Shown: positions 1 through 10,700, counted from the stretch's first letter. The stretch: 64,000 nucleotides of DNA from Christensenellaceae bacterium (GCA_045654365.1 JAZONF010000009.1:45345-109344); one strand, 5' to 3'. Numbers and translations: made by a program. The notes: generated by a model not told the origin, from the sequence alone.

Positions 1-529
1 CGCAAATTCCGCCCTTTAAGTCGTTATATCCCTTAACTCCTGCACCAGAAACGGCTTGATAGGTTGAGTAAACCACTCTTTTAATCTTAAACGCTTCGTG
101 CAAGGGCTTTAACGCTACTACTGCTTGAATAGTAGAACAGTTGGGGTTTGCTATAATATTTTTATGCTTTTTAATATCTTCAGGGTTACACTCTGGAACG
201 ACCAAAGGAACGTTTTCATCTCTTCTCCAAGCACTTGAGTTGTCAATAACGAGAGTGCCTTGTTTAGCGAAGATAGGTGCATATTCTTTACTTATGTCGC
301 CACCCGCAGAGAAGAGTGCAAGGTCAGTTTTATATTTTTTTACGTTTTCTTTGTTGAGTTCGATTATAGTGTGAGGTTTACCCATGAAATCTATAACTTT
401 ACCTGCTGATTTTGCTGATGCAAAAAGGAAATATTCTTCCACAGGAAGATTTTTTTCTGATAAAACTTCTAAGAACTTACTGCCAACCATACCGGTTGCG
501 CCAACTACTGCTACGCTATACTTTTTCAT
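1..529 (-). CDS. asd: aspartate-semialdehyde dehydrogenase, N-terminal part (3' end runs off the window)
   Basis: Manual reverse translation from ATG at 529 gives MKKYSVAVVGATGMVGSKF... (Rossmann GxxGxxG) and ...IANPNCSTIQ... (active-site Cys motif). AGGAAG RBS upstream. Missing from the ORF track because it is open at the window edge. Confidence 0.85.
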   Translation of the reverse strand, partial: MKKYSVAVVGATGMVGSKFLEVLSEKNLPVEEYFLFASAKSAGKVIDFMGKPHTIIELNKENVKKYKTDLALFSAGGDISKEYAPIFAKQGTLVIDNSSAWRRDENVPLVVPECNPEDIKKHKNIIANPNCSTIQAVVALKPLHEAFKIKRVVYSTYQAVSGAGVKGYNDLKGGIC

Positions 530-702
530 GTTAGTACTTCCTAAATATATTATTTATTAAGTAGTTTATCAAAAAATATAAAAAATGTAAAGTTTTTTCT
601 ATTATATACCTAAATTTATTTGTAAAATTTTGCTTTTTAGTATAAACTATTTATATTGAAAATGCGTTTTAGTCTCGCTCTGCGAGAGAAAGGAGTGTAA
701 AC

Positions 703-1980
703 TTGGGTAAAGGCACTAGTAGACTCATAAACAAAATGCTTATGGGTTCGGAAAAATCAGAAGAATTTGCAAGAAATTCGTTACCCTCGAATAGGTGGGA
801 ACTTTTTTGGGATATCTTTAAGGGTAGTTTTGGTAAGTTGATAATTGCCAACTTACTTATTTTGCTTTTCTTTTTACCTTTACTACTGCTTTTTTATTTT
901 CGCTCTAACGTGGTGTCGTCATTTTCCTTTTTATATCCTTTTGCACAAGGGTTTGGCGTTGGTTATCAAGCACCCGTAACTATGCAGGGTTTTTCTGAAT
1001 ATATCAATCTTTCCTCAAATCTCGTTTCCTTTCTTTTTATGCCTCTCGTTATGATGGTGGGGGCTGTAGGGCTTTCGGGAGGCGCATATTTATTGAGAAA
1101 TATGGTGTGGACGGAAGGTGTTTTCGTTTCTAACGATTTTTGGAAAGGTATTAAACAAAACTATAAGCAAATAGTGGTTATTTCGCTTTTGTATTCACTT
1201 GTTTTTTACGTAACTATAGCAACGGCGTCTATTTCTTCTTATAGTATATCGGTTGGCTCGGGTGTTAAGTGGCTTTCCTACGTTTGTGAAGCTATATCCT
1301 ACGTTATTTTAGTGTATTATACTATTATGACGCTATTTATGATTGCTATGTCGGTAACTTATGATATTTCCGTTTTAAAGATTATCAAAAACTCATTTTA
1401 CTTTACCCTTGCTTTTTTACCACATAGTATAGTAATGTTGGTACTTGCGGGTGTTCCTTTTATTCTTTTGGCGTTAAGTGCAACTTCTTCAACCTTCTTA
1501 CTTCTCGTGTTGTTGTTGATTTTAGTAATTGGATTTTCTTTTACACTTCTAGCGTGGATGAACTTCTCACAATGGACGTTTGATAATTTTATTAACGATA
1601 AAGTTCCCGGTGCTAAAAAGAATAGGGGTATGTATCAAAAGGTTAATAGGCAAACTAATGAAAAAACGAAACTTCAATACAAGGCTCAATACGGTTTGAA
1701 AAATAGTCTAAATTCAAGACCTATTAAGCCTATTACCGACGAGGAGATTGAAATTGCAACGCTTCCTCAAAGTTTCAATAGAGAAGATATAATCAAGCTT
1801 AAAGAGAGTAAGCAAAACATGATTGAAGACCATAAGCGTTACGTTGAAGAACATATCAACGACGAGCAGTTCAAGATGACGGAAGAAGAGAAGAATAGAG
1901 AGACTGCCGAAAAAGAACGCTTAAAGAAAATTGAACAGGCGAAAAAGGCTTTAAGAAAGCACGAAAAACATAATAAATAA
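703..1980 (+). CDS. polytopic membrane protein, DUF624/YesL-like N-terminus, with a long Lys/Glu-rich C-terminal tail
   Basis: TTG start 7 nt after AAGGAG (690-695). N-terminus NRWELFWDIFKGSFGKLIIANLL resembles the YesL/DUF624 family. About 6 hydrophobic helices, then roughly 120 aa of charged, coiled-coil-like sequence. Confidence 0.5.
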   Translation: MGKGTSRLINKMLMGSEKSEEFARNSLPSNRWELFWDIFKGSFGKLIIANLLILLFFLPLLLLFYFRSNVVSSFSFLYPFAQGFGVGYQAPVTMQGFSEYINLSSNLVSFLFMPLVMMVGAVGLSGGAYLLRNMVWTEGVFVSNDFWKGIKQNYKQIVVISLLYSLVFYVTIATASISSYSISVGSGVKWLSYVCEAISYVILVYYTIMTLFMIAMSVTYDISVLKIIKNSFYFTLAFLPHSIVMLVLAGVPFILLALSATSSTFLLLVLLLILVIGFSFTLLAWMNFSQWTFDNFINDKVPGAKKNRGMYQKVNRQTNEKTKLQYKAQYGLKNSLNSRPIKPITDEEIEIATLPQSFNREDIIKLKESKQNMIEDHKRYVEEHINDEQFKMTEEEKNRETAEKERLKKIEQAKKALRKHEKHNK

Positions 1981-1985
1981 CTATT

Positions 1986-2020
1986 AAAACGCCGAGTCTT
2001 AGTTTGGACACGGCGTTTTC
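1986..2020 (+). terminator. rho-independent terminator
   Basis: AACGCCG (1988-1994) pairs with CGGCGTT (2011-2017), followed by a T run, directly after the stop at 1980. Confidence 0.6.
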
Positions 2021-2049
2021 AAAAAGATTAGATAAAAACAGGTGAAATT

Positions 2050-2925
2050 TTGGGTAAACTATATAAAACTTTAATATACGACAATCAATTTTCTTTATCT
2101 CTTTTAGATACGACGGATATGGTTAACGAAGCGATAAGAATTCATAAATTAACTCCCGTTTCCGCAGCTGCACTTGGCAGAACTATGACGGTGTGTACGT
2201 ATATGTCGTCTGGACTAAAAAACAGCAAGGACAAGTTATACGTAACCGTTGCGGGGGACGGTCCGCTTGGTAAAATTACCGTATGTGGTAACGGTGAACT
2301 CAAAATGAGAGGTACGGTTGATAATCCTTGTGTAGATATTCCCTTAAAGCCCAATGGTAAGTTAGATGTTGGCGGGGCTGTTGGAAGGGGTAGGCTTACC
2401 GTTGTAAAAAGCATGGGGCTTAAAGAACCTTACTCTGGCAGTGCAGAACTTATTACGGGGGAAATTGCCGAGGATTTTACTGCTTATTTTGCATATAGTG
2501 AACAACAACCTACAGCCATTGCTTTAGGCGTTAAAATAGGTGTTGATGGGAATTGTATAGGTGCTGGGGGCGTTATTTTAACCGCTCTTCCTTTTGCTAC
2601 GGAGGAAAACATCGTAAAAGCGGAAAATTTAATGCAGAATTTCAGTGATATTTCCACTAAAATTGAAAAGATTGGTATAGACGGCGTTATGAAGGAGTTT
2701 TTCGGTGAGGAAATAAAGGAAGAAGTCTCTAAATTTTCCCCAGAATATAAATGTCTTTGTTCGCAAGAATACGTTGAGGGGATATTACTATCACTTGGTG
2801 AGAAGGAATTGTTTGATATAATAGAAAAAGAAGGACAAGTAAAAGTTGACTGTGAGTTTTGCGACAAGGAATATCTTTTTGACCGTGAGAAGGTAGAAAA
2901 CTTACTTAAAAATGCTAAAAAGTGA
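2050..2925 (+). CDS. hslO: Hsp33 redox-regulated chaperone
   Basis: Full-length Hsp33-like sequence with the C-terminal zinc centre CLC...CEFC (YKCLCSQEY, VDCEFCDKEY). TTG start after AGGTGA. Confidence 0.85.
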   Translation: MGKLYKTLIYDNQFSLSLLDTTDMVNEAIRIHKLTPVSAAALGRTMTVCTYMSSGLKNSKDKLYVTVAGDGPLGKITVCGNGELKMRGTVDNPCVDIPLKPNGKLDVGGAVGRGRLTVVKSMGLKEPYSGSAELITGEIAEDFTAYFAYSEQQPTAIALGVKIGVDGNCIGAGGVILTALPFATEENIVKAENLMQNFSDISTKIEKIGIDGVMKEFFGEEIKEEVSKFSPEYKCLCSQEYVEGILLSLGEKELFDIIEKEGQVKVDCEFCDKEYLFDREKVENLLKNAKK

Positions 2926-4607
2926 TGAAAGACAATATAGTAGAATTTAAAAAAAGTTCAAAACTGTATCGCTCCTTGGCGAGAAGAAAGGTGGAAAACG
3001 GAGATTATGAAAGCGCTTTTGGTTTTTTGTTTTCCGCACTTTCCGTTTGTAAAAATCCTTATGAAATTTATGGCGATTTAGCAGATGCTTATTCGGAAAC
3101 GGGGCAATTTGAGAAGGCGGTTGAATATTGGTTCAAGTATCTTAATTCCGCTCCCGAAAACGACTGCTCTGTTGCATACGAAGAACTTGCCGTAAACTTT
3201 TTTTATCTCGATAAGTATTTTGAGGCGGGGTATTATCTTCATCGCAAAATAATAGCCGACGGTTTCGTATCTCGAGAGGGGCTTGGAGAGGAGATTGCTG
3301 AAGTTTTAACCACGGCAATAGACAAGGGTGCTTATCATATTGCATATCCTTTTGATAGGGCGGATTATTCATATGAGAAAAATCTTGGAAAAAAAGCCTT
3401 TAATATGGGGGATTATAGCACTGCAAGTAAGATTTACGATTCAATACCGATAGAGTGTATGGACGAGGAGAGTTTAGGTGATAAAGCCGTTGCCTTTTTC
3501 TTGCAAGGGGAGGAGGAAAAATCTCTTGAAACGAGCAAGCAATCCTTAAAGATAAAAGGCGCAAACCTAACTGCGTTTTGCAATTTATGTACTTACTATT
3601 TCAATAAAGGTGATAAAGAAAAATCGACTTTTTATTATAAAAAGGCGTTAGAGTGCTTTGATAATAGTACTGAACAAAGTTATCACGTTGCGTCTTGTGC
3701 GATAGAACAAGACGACCATGTCGTTGCAAACGAGTGCCTTGAGAGAATCGTTAACGAGCGAAAGTACGACGTTATAATGCGTTTTTACTATGCCGTTTCT
3801 TTAGTGAATTTAGGGGAATACGAAAAAGCAAAGGAACATTTTTCTTTTGCCTTAAGATTAAAACCGTTTGATAGAGTAATTAAATTTTACGTCAAGTTTT
3901 GCCAAAAACTTTGTCAGGGAGAAGAAAAAAGTTTTTCCTTACTACCGCTTAAATACCAAAAAGAATATCCCAATACTATAGAGAAGAAATTTAAGAAAAT
4001 TATTAAAGATTTAATTTCGGAAAAAAGGGACCTTTCTATCTTAAAAAAAGAGGAAAATTTAGACGCCTTAATATGGGGAATATTTTCTCAGGACGAGGTG
4101 ATAAATAAGGAAAGTGCAGTACTTTTATGGTTTGCAAAAAACATAAAAGGTTATAAAATATTAACGTCACTTTTGATGGATGGGGAAGTCCGTTCAGGTG
4201 TTAAGCGGGTAATAATTTATACACTAATTATATTTGGTTATAAGGAAAAATTCGGCGTTGTTGCGGGTAATAGATTTAAGAAAATAAAAAGGAAAAAAAT
4301 GCCTTTTGACAACGTAGATGATACCGGAGTTTTCGCTTCGGCTTACGCTACCATAATTGCGAGAACGGCGTTTTGGGAACTTGACGAAGATGAAAAGTTT
4401 GCCTCGTCAATTAAAAAACTCTATGAAAAGCATTTAGGTTTAATAATTGAAAGTGGTTTAACTTCTGAAGATTTAGCAGTTTTAGCAATATGTACTGCAG
4501 GTGTAGAAGAGGTAGAAAAAGGCAAGGAAATTTCCGCTATTTTCGGTGTTTCGTATTCTAAAATTAAAGGGGCAATTAGTATAGTTAAAGGAGAGAAAAA
4601 TGATTAA
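2925..4607 (+). CDS. TPR-repeat protein, function unknown
   Basis: ATG overlaps the hslO stop (TGATG). The N-terminal half has TPR-like repeats (YGDLADAYSETGQFEKAVEYWFKYL, LGEYEKAKEHFSFALRLKP). Confidence 0.55.
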   Translation: MKDNIVEFKKSSKLYRSLARRKVENGDYESAFGFLFSALSVCKNPYEIYGDLADAYSETGQFEKAVEYWFKYLNSAPENDCSVAYEELAVNFFYLDKYFEAGYYLHRKIIADGFVSREGLGEEIAEVLTTAIDKGAYHIAYPFDRADYSYEKNLGKKAFNMGDYSTASKIYDSIPIECMDEESLGDKAVAFFLQGEEEKSLETSKQSLKIKGANLTAFCNLCTYYFNKGDKEKSTFYYKKALECFDNSTEQSYHVASCAIEQDDHVVANECLERIVNERKYDVIMRFYYAVSLVNLGEYEKAKEHFSFALRLKPFDRVIKFYVKFCQKLCQGEEKSFSLLPLKYQKEYPNTIEKKFKKIIKDLISEKRDLSILKKEENLDALIWGIFSQDEVINKESAVLLWFAKNIKGYKILTSLLMDGEVRSGVKRVIIYTLIIFGYKEKFGVVAGNRFKKIKRKKMPFDNVDDTGVFASAYATIIARTAFWELDEDEKFASSIKKLYEKHLGLIIESGLTSEDLAVLAICTAGVEEVEKGKEISAIFGVSYSKIKGAISIVKGEKND

Positions 4608-5412
4608 AATTATTGATATTGACGCGCTTTTTGATAAATATATTTCCGATTACGTTTATAAAAATATAGGCAAAGTTAAGCCGGAGGAAATTGAAAATCA
4701 AATCCCAATATTATACGAGAAATTTGGCAAAGAAAAATTAGAAGAATTGGATGGTAAAACCCCAGAAACTTATTATTCTCTTGGCAGTGCTTCGGAACTT
4801 TTAGACGTGCTAAAAAAACACGTCGTATCGGGTGTTTCAGTGCCGGATTTTTTAGTGGAAGCAATCGCTAAAAAAACTAATGATGAAAAGGATTTTTATC
4901 TCGCGTTAAACGACGACGAAAGCGACGAATACATTTGCTATTTAATGAATATTTTATCCGATATGGATATAATTCCAACAAAAAAATATATGGAATTTTT
5001 AACGCTTGATTATCCTTATAACGTAAAGGAACTTGCGACGGAACTTTTATCTAAGAGAGCCGACGAGGTTAAAGAGGATATAATTGCAATATTTTCCGAG
5101 AGTGACGAGGAGAGTAAGGAACTTTTTTCTGAAATTTTATCCTATTCTAAAAAGGACGATAAAACTTTTGATATATTGACGTTACAGTTTGTTAAAAGGC
5201 GGGATAAAACGCCCTTATACGCAGGGTATCTTGCAAGGTTTGGTGACGAGAGGGCTTTACCCTTTTTAATGCAAGCGATAGAAGAGGAAAAAATTTCATA
5301 TTCCGACTTTGAAGAACTGCGTTTTGCTATCGAGGCTCTTGGCGGAACGTACGATAAGATAAGAGATTTTTCTTCCGATAGGTCGTTTAAGAAAATAAAA
5401 GACAATAAATAG
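4600..5412 (+). CDS. hypothetical protein with HEAT-like repeat at the C-terminus
   Basis: AGGAGAG RBS. Overlaps the upstream gene by 8 nt. ERALPFLMQAIEEE resembles HEAT/PBS-lyase repeats. Confidence 0.4.
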   Translation: MIKIIDIDALFDKYISDYVYKNIGKVKPEEIENQIPILYEKFGKEKLEELDGKTPETYYSLGSASELLDVLKKHVVSGVSVPDFLVEAIAKKTNDEKDFYLALNDDESDEYICYLMNILSDMDIIPTKKYMEFLTLDYPYNVKELATELLSKRADEVKEDIIAIFSESDEESKELFSEILSYSKKDDKTFDILTLQFVKRRDKTPLYAGYLARFGDERALPFLMQAIEEEKISYSDFEELRFAIEALGGTYDKIRDFSSDRSFKKIKDNK

Positions 5413-5529
5413 ACAAAATTAGGTTGCAATCACTAAAAATGAAGTTAAGTTTTTTGGTAAAAAAGCAACCTTTTTTATTGAATAAAAAATGCTACAAACG
5501 GAATAATAAAAGTAAGGAGGATTAATTTT

Positions 5530-5655
5530 ATGTCCAAAAAGAAAAAGAATAAAGTTAGAAAATTAACCGAAGAACAATACAACGAATATCTAATGGCGCT
5601 AAAGGATGAAGTCCCACCAGAAATCATTAGGGAAACGGAAGGTCAAGGAATTTAG
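5530..5655 (+). CDS. 41-aa small protein (MSKKKKNKVRKLTEEQYNEYLMALKDEVPPEIIRETEGQGI)
   Basis: Below the ORF-track cutoff. Strong AAGGAGG (5514-5520) lies 9 nt before the ATG, and a dedicated terminator follows immediately downstream. Confidence 0.55.
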   Translation: MSKKKKNKVRKLTEEQYNEYLMALKDEVPPEIIRETEGQGI

Positions 5656-5672
5656 GTATATTTTAAATAAAA

Positions 5673-5712
5673 GGAAACGGAAATTTGTTAGAAAAAAATT
5701 TCCGTTTTTTAT
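5673..5712 (+). terminator. rho-independent terminator
   Basis: AAACGGAAATTT (5675-5686) pairs with AAATTTCCGTTT (5696-5707), followed by a T run. Confidence 0.75.
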
Positions 5713-5741
5713 TGCAATTCTATTTGTTTTTATAGTATAAT
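5712..5741 (+). promoter_or_regulatory. sigma-A-type promoter (TTGCAA-18-TATAAT)
   Basis: TTGCAA 5712-5717 and TATAAT 5736-5741. The ORF-track ATG at 5740 sits inside the -10 box, so I moved the CDS start to 5773. Confidence 0.45.
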
Positions 5742-5772
5742 GTTAAAAGAAAAAGTTTTATCTGAGGAAAAA

Positions 5773-6912
5773 ATGATAGAGATTAAAAAAGTTACAACAA
5801 AGAGTGACATAAGAAAGTTTACCAAATTCCCTATAGATTTATATAAAGATTGTCCCTATTACGTACCGTCCATGGTGGCCGACGAGTTAGTTATCTTTGA
5901 CGAAAAAAAGAATTTAAGTTTAGAAGGAAACGAGATAGTAGGCTTTTTGGCATATAAAGACGGTGAGGTTGTAGGAAGGATTGCCGCTATAATCAACGAT
6001 AACGAAAACAGTAAGGGCGACACGAAATACATAAGATTTTCAAGATTTGAAGCGATTGACGATTTAGAAGTTTTTTCCGCTCTGCTTGGTGCGGTGGAAA
6101 ATCTTGGCAAGGAAAGAGGTTTTGACGTAATTCACGGACCTTGGGGATTTACCGACCAAGATAGAGAAGGCTTACTTACATATGGTTTTGATAAACGTAG
6201 CACCTATGCAACTAATTATTATTACGAATATTTCCATAAAAATCTTGAGGCGTTAGGTTTTGAAGATGAGTCAAAGTGGGTGGAATTTAAATTCAATATT
6301 CCTAAAGAACCATACGAGCGTATAATGAAGTTTGCCGAGAGGGTGAAAAACAAATATAGTTTTAGGGATTTGGCTGACGAAATATCGGTTAAAGATATTA
6401 TAAAAAAATACGGCATAAAACTTTTTGATACTGTGGACGAGTCTTACGGGCATTTGGACGGATACGTTCCTTTGACGGAAAAAATGCGTAATAACGTTCT
6501 TTCTCAATTTGGAACGATAGTTAATTCAAGATATATAAGCGTTCTTGTAGACGAAAACGACGAAGTTGCTGCTTTTGGTGTTTGTTTGCCTTCAATTTGT
6601 GATGCGCTTATTAAGAGTAGGGGAAAGTTGTTCCCTACGGGATTTATCGGAGTATTAAAGTCAATAAATAAGCCTAAAGAACTTGAGATGGCGCTTATCG
6701 GTGTAAAGAAAAAGTATAAAAATTTAGGTCTTAACGCAATAGTTATTGCAAGAATTATGTCAAATCTTATCAACGACGGTGTTGAGGCGATAGAGTCTAA
6801 TCCAATGCTGGAAACTAATTTTGATATTCAAAGACAATGGAAATTTGCCGAGTCAGAGATTGTTAAAAAACGCCAAACTTATAAAAAGGAAATAGGCTCT
6901 TTAATTAAATAA
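5773..6912 (+). CDS. GNAT-like acyltransferase family protein (putative)
   Basis: ATG at 5773 is preceded by GAGGA. The sequence has two acyl-CoA N-acyltransferase-like halves (EVVGRIAAIIND..., ALIGVKKKYKNLGLNAIV). Family recognition is from memory only. Confidence 0.45.
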   Translation: MIEIKKVTTKSDIRKFTKFPIDLYKDCPYYVPSMVADELVIFDEKKNLSLEGNEIVGFLAYKDGEVVGRIAAIINDNENSKGDTKYIRFSRFEAIDDLEVFSALLGAVENLGKERGFDVIHGPWGFTDQDREGLLTYGFDKRSTYATNYYYEYFHKNLEALGFEDESKWVEFKFNIPKEPYERIMKFAERVKNKYSFRDLADEISVKDIIKKYGIKLFDTVDESYGHLDGYVPLTEKMRNNVLSQFGTIVNSRYISVLVDENDEVAAFGVCLPSICDALIKSRGKLFPTGFIGVLKSINKPKELEMALIGVKKKYKNLGLNAIVIARIMSNLINDGVEAIESNPMLETNFDIQRQWKFAESEIVKKRQTYKKEIGSLIK

Positions 6913-6922
6913 TTAAAAAATT

Positions 6923-6954
6923 AGAACCCTTTCATTAGAAAGGGCTCTTTTTTT
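6923..6954 (+). terminator. rho-independent terminator
   Basis: AGAACCCTTT pairs with AAAGGGCTCT (one mismatch), followed by T7. Confidence 0.7.
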
Positions 6955-6976
6955 GCGTTAAATTGTGTTAATATTC

Positions 6977-7005
6977 TTGAAAAAAAAGACTTGTTATGAT
7001 ATAAT
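6977..7005 (+). promoter_or_regulatory. sigma-A-type promoter (TTGAAA-17-TGATATAAT)
   Basis: TTGAAA 6977-6982, 17-nt spacer, extended -10 TGnTATAAT ending at 7005, upstream of rnc. Confidence 0.5.
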
Positions 7006-7054
7006 TATACGAGGCAAGTTGTAAGTTGCCATAAGTCGTTTTAGGAGAGACTGT

Positions 7055-7762
7055 ATGATATTCGATATTATCGGAATAGAAAGTAAAATTGGATATGCCT
7101 TTAACGATAAAATGCTTTTGCGCAAATGTTTTACTCACTCTTCTTACGCAAACGAGCACGGGGGCGAGGATAACGAATTATTGGAATTTTTTGGAGATTC
7201 TATTATCCAGTTTGTCGTTACGGAATACCTATTTAATAACGCTTATGGGGACGAGGGGAAACTTACTGAAAAAAGAAAAAATATCGTTTCAAAAGAACCG
7301 CTTATTAGAGCAGTGAACAAACTTGATATAATGCAATACGCACTTCTTGGTAGAGGGCTGGAAAATAGGATAGGCGGTGACGATAAACTAATTTCAAGTT
7401 TGTACGAAGCTGTGTGTGCCGGTATTTATTTAGACGGCGGGCTTAGAGAAGTTAAGAAGTTCATTAAAAAGACTATCATTGCGAATTTCGAGCTGGAAAA
7501 TAAGCGATTGGAAAAGCAAAAAATTACAGACGATTCTAAAAGTGCTCTTCAAGAATACGTGCAAAAAAGAAAGTTGGGCACGATATCCTATCAAACGTTA
7601 ACTTGGTCTGGACCTGCGCATTTGCCGGAATTTAGGGTTGCGTCCTTATTAAATGGCGCAAGAATTGCGGAGGGCAAAGGTAAGTCCAAAAAAGAGGCGG
7701 AAAAGGCTTCAGCGAGAAAAGCTCTCGCATTATTAAAGAAACAGGAAGGTAAAGGAAAGTGA
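7055..7762 (+). CDS. rnc: ribonuclease III
   Basis: RNase III signature ELLEFFGDSIIQFVVTEYLF. C-terminal dsRBD (SKSALQEYVQKRKLG...GKGKSKKEAEKASARKAL). Confidence 0.9.
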   Translation: MIFDIIGIESKIGYAFNDKMLLRKCFTHSSYANEHGGEDNELLEFFGDSIIQFVVTEYLFNNAYGDEGKLTEKRKNIVSKEPLIRAVNKLDIMQYALLGRGLENRIGGDDKLISSLYEAVCAGIYLDGGLREVKKFIKKTIIANFELENKRLEKQKITDDSKSALQEYVQKRKLGTISYQTLTWSGPAHLPEFRVASLLNGARIAEGKGKSKKEAEKASARKALALLKKQEGKGK

Positions 7763-10700
7763 ATTTAGTAAAGGTAGAACTCTACGGATTTAAATCATTT
7801 GCGGATAAAGCGGAAATTAGGTTTGGTGATGGGATTACCGGTATCGTAGGACCTAACGGTTGTGGTAAAAGTAACGTTTCCGACGCAATTAGATGGGTGT
7901 TAGGCGAGCAGTCTGCTAAAAGTTTGCGTGGCGGTAGTATGCAAGACGTTATCTTTTCCGGTACGCAAAATAGAAAATCTCTTTCCTACTGTGAAGTTTC
8001 TTTACATTTTGATAATACTAACAAAATGTTCTCTCTCGACTATAACGAAGTTATAATTACGAGAAAACTTTACAGAAGTGGTGAGAGTGAATATTTTATC
8101 AACAAGCAACTTGCAAGGCTAAAAGATATAGTAGAACTTTTGCACGAGTGTGGAATAGGTAAAGAGGGGTATACTATTATCGGACAGGGCAAAGTAGAAG
8201 AAATTATGTCTGCTAAGCCTGAGGATAGAAGGCTCATTTTTGAAGAAGCAACGGGTATTGCAAAGTTTAAGACGAGAAAAAACGAATCGGAAAGAAAATT
8301 AGAACGTACTCACGAAAATATAGTTAGATATTCGGATATTTTATCCGAGATTGAAAATCAATTAGGGCCATTAGAGAAACAAGCGGAAAAAGCAAAGGAA
8401 TTTAACGCTTTATCAGAGGAGTTAAAACACCATGAACTTAACACTTACATTGCAAAGGTGGAGGGTGTCGCTTCGGCAAAAGAAAGGGTTGGAAACAAGA
8501 TAAAGGCTATTGAAGAGCAAACTTCTCTCCGTCAATCGGAATATGATTCTGCTCAGGCGGAATACGATAAAATTTTCACCGATATCGCTCTTGCAGACGA
8601 TAAATTGAGAAAATTAAACGATAAACTTATGGACAAGCGTGTAGGTATGGAAAAATCGCTTGGCGCAAATAAACTTTTTGAGGAAAAGATTACCTACTTA
8701 AATAGTCAAATTGAACGTTCTAAAAGGGAAATTAACGATAATATTAATCTTATTGACGAAAGTTCTTCTTCTTCGGCAGCAAACCTTTCTGAAATGCAAA
8801 AAATGAAGGAGGAATTATCTTCTCTTTCTAAAAAGGCGGACGAACTTTCTAAAAAGTTTATGACCGTTTCCGAAAAGATTTCTTTGGGTGAAGAACTTGC
8901 TAACGTAAGCCGTAAAAAGATTATAGAGTCTATCGAATCGTTATCAGATTTTAAACTTAACAAAGGGGCAAGAAGTGTAGAGAAAACTGCCCTTACTGAA
9001 AAACTTAGTGAAATAGAGGACAAGATTTCAAAACTCTCTTTTAACCGTGAAGAACTTTTTAATGCAAAGGAAAAAAGTGATAAAAATATTGACGAGTTAG
9101 ACCGTTCTGTTTTTGAATTTAAGAATAAAATCTCCGAAAAAGAAGACGAAGTTCGTTCTACTAATGAAAAAGAGGCGGAACTTGATAATAAAATTTATTC
9201 ACTAAATTCGGTAATAACTTCGTTAGTAACTAAGGATAACTTTTATAGAGGGTTAAAAGAAAATTACGAAGGCTATTCTAACGCCGTTAAACTTTTACTT
9301 ACTAAAGGAAAGTCGGACACAAGGGTTGGCGGTAAAATCAAAGGGGTAGTTGCTGAACTTATTAAAAGCGATAAAAAGTTAGATGTTGCTTTAGAAACTA
9401 CGCTTGGGGCGGCGGCTCAAAACGTTGTTACTGCAGATACTGAGGACGCTAAATTCTTAATTCAATACCTAAAGGAAAACCGTATGGGTAGAATTACCTT
9501 TTTACCCTTATCTTCGGTAAAACCGAGAGTTCAAAGCATAGAAGTAACTAACGCATTAAAAGAAACGGGAGTTTTGGGCGTTGCAAACAAGTTGGTAAAA
9601 TATCAGCCCGAGTTTGAAAACGTAATTTCCAATCTTTTAGGTAATACTTTAATAGTTGACACCATTGAAAATGCTACCAAAATTGCTAATAAATATCGCT
9701 TTGCCTTTAAGATTGTTACCTTAGAAGGTGACGTTTTCTCTACGCAAGGTGCAATGAGTGGCGGTTCGAGAAGAACGGACGTAGTTGGATTGCTTTCCGC
9801 AGACAGAAAGATTGAAGATAACGCTACTGAACTTGCTAAAAAGCGTTCAGAAATGGAAAAATTAAAGGCGGAAAAGGGCGAACTTAACGCTAAGAGGGAT
9901 AAATTCTTAGATGAACTCGGTATGCTTAACGACGTGTATAACGGCAAAAGGCAACAAGTAGTTATTGAAAGGGAAAAACAAAGCATAACGGAAAAGTCTC
10001 TTTCGGATATCGGTAGAGAAATTGAATCCACCGAATCTATTAGGGCGGAGATAATTGAAAAAATTGAAAAATTAACTGCCGAAATGGAAAATATTTCCGT
10101 TGGCGGTAAAAAACTTGAAGAAGATAGAGCGGAGGCAACTTCAAGCGCTGATAAGCAACAAGCAGAGTACGACGCTTTGAGAAAGGAAAGGGACGATTTG
10201 AGTTCAGAACTTACTTCTGCACAAGTTAAGATTACCGAGTTAAAGGCAAGTATATCCGCTTTAGAAAGCGATAACGAACGTTTGTTGAGCGTTAAATCGG
10301 AGGCTGAAAAAACTAATAGTGACCTTGAAAACAGCATAAAAGGCGCAGAGCAAATTATAGAAGAACTTAGACTTCAACAAGAAAAAGTTGCTTTCTCTAA
10401 GCAAGAACAGGACGAGGTTAACAAACTTCGTGAAGATATTGATAATATCGAAGTCTATAAAAAGGAACGCCGTGAGCAGTTGGAAAAGAATGCTGAAAGA
10501 AGAGAATATCTTTCTGAAGAACTTATCACTCTTTCTGAAAAACGCCATATTGAAGAAATTAATCTTACCAAGATTGACTCTGATTTAGAGCATATGGGTG
10601 AAAGTATTTATGAAAATTACGGCGAGGACTACGATTCTGCTCAAAAATATCGCGTGGAAAATTACGACGCCAAAGAGGGGGAATCTGAAATTGTAAGAAT

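Noticed and set aside
141-374. A 77-aa plus-strand ORF at the window start.
   Set aside because: It lies antisense within the clearly recognisable asd coding sequence and has no RBS.
530-702. A possible lysine riboswitch or T-box in front of asd.
   Set aside because: The divergent intergenic region is only about 170 bp of very AT-rich sequence. It has no conserved L-box or T-box motifs and no terminator hairpin.
9603-10337. A 244-aa ORF antisense to smc, plus other antisense ORFs at 8706-9023 and 10261-10548.
   Set aside because: It is Ser/Leu-rich and low-complexity, the mirror image of GAA/AAG-rich coiled-coil codons. It has no RBS and lies entirely inside a well-supported gene.
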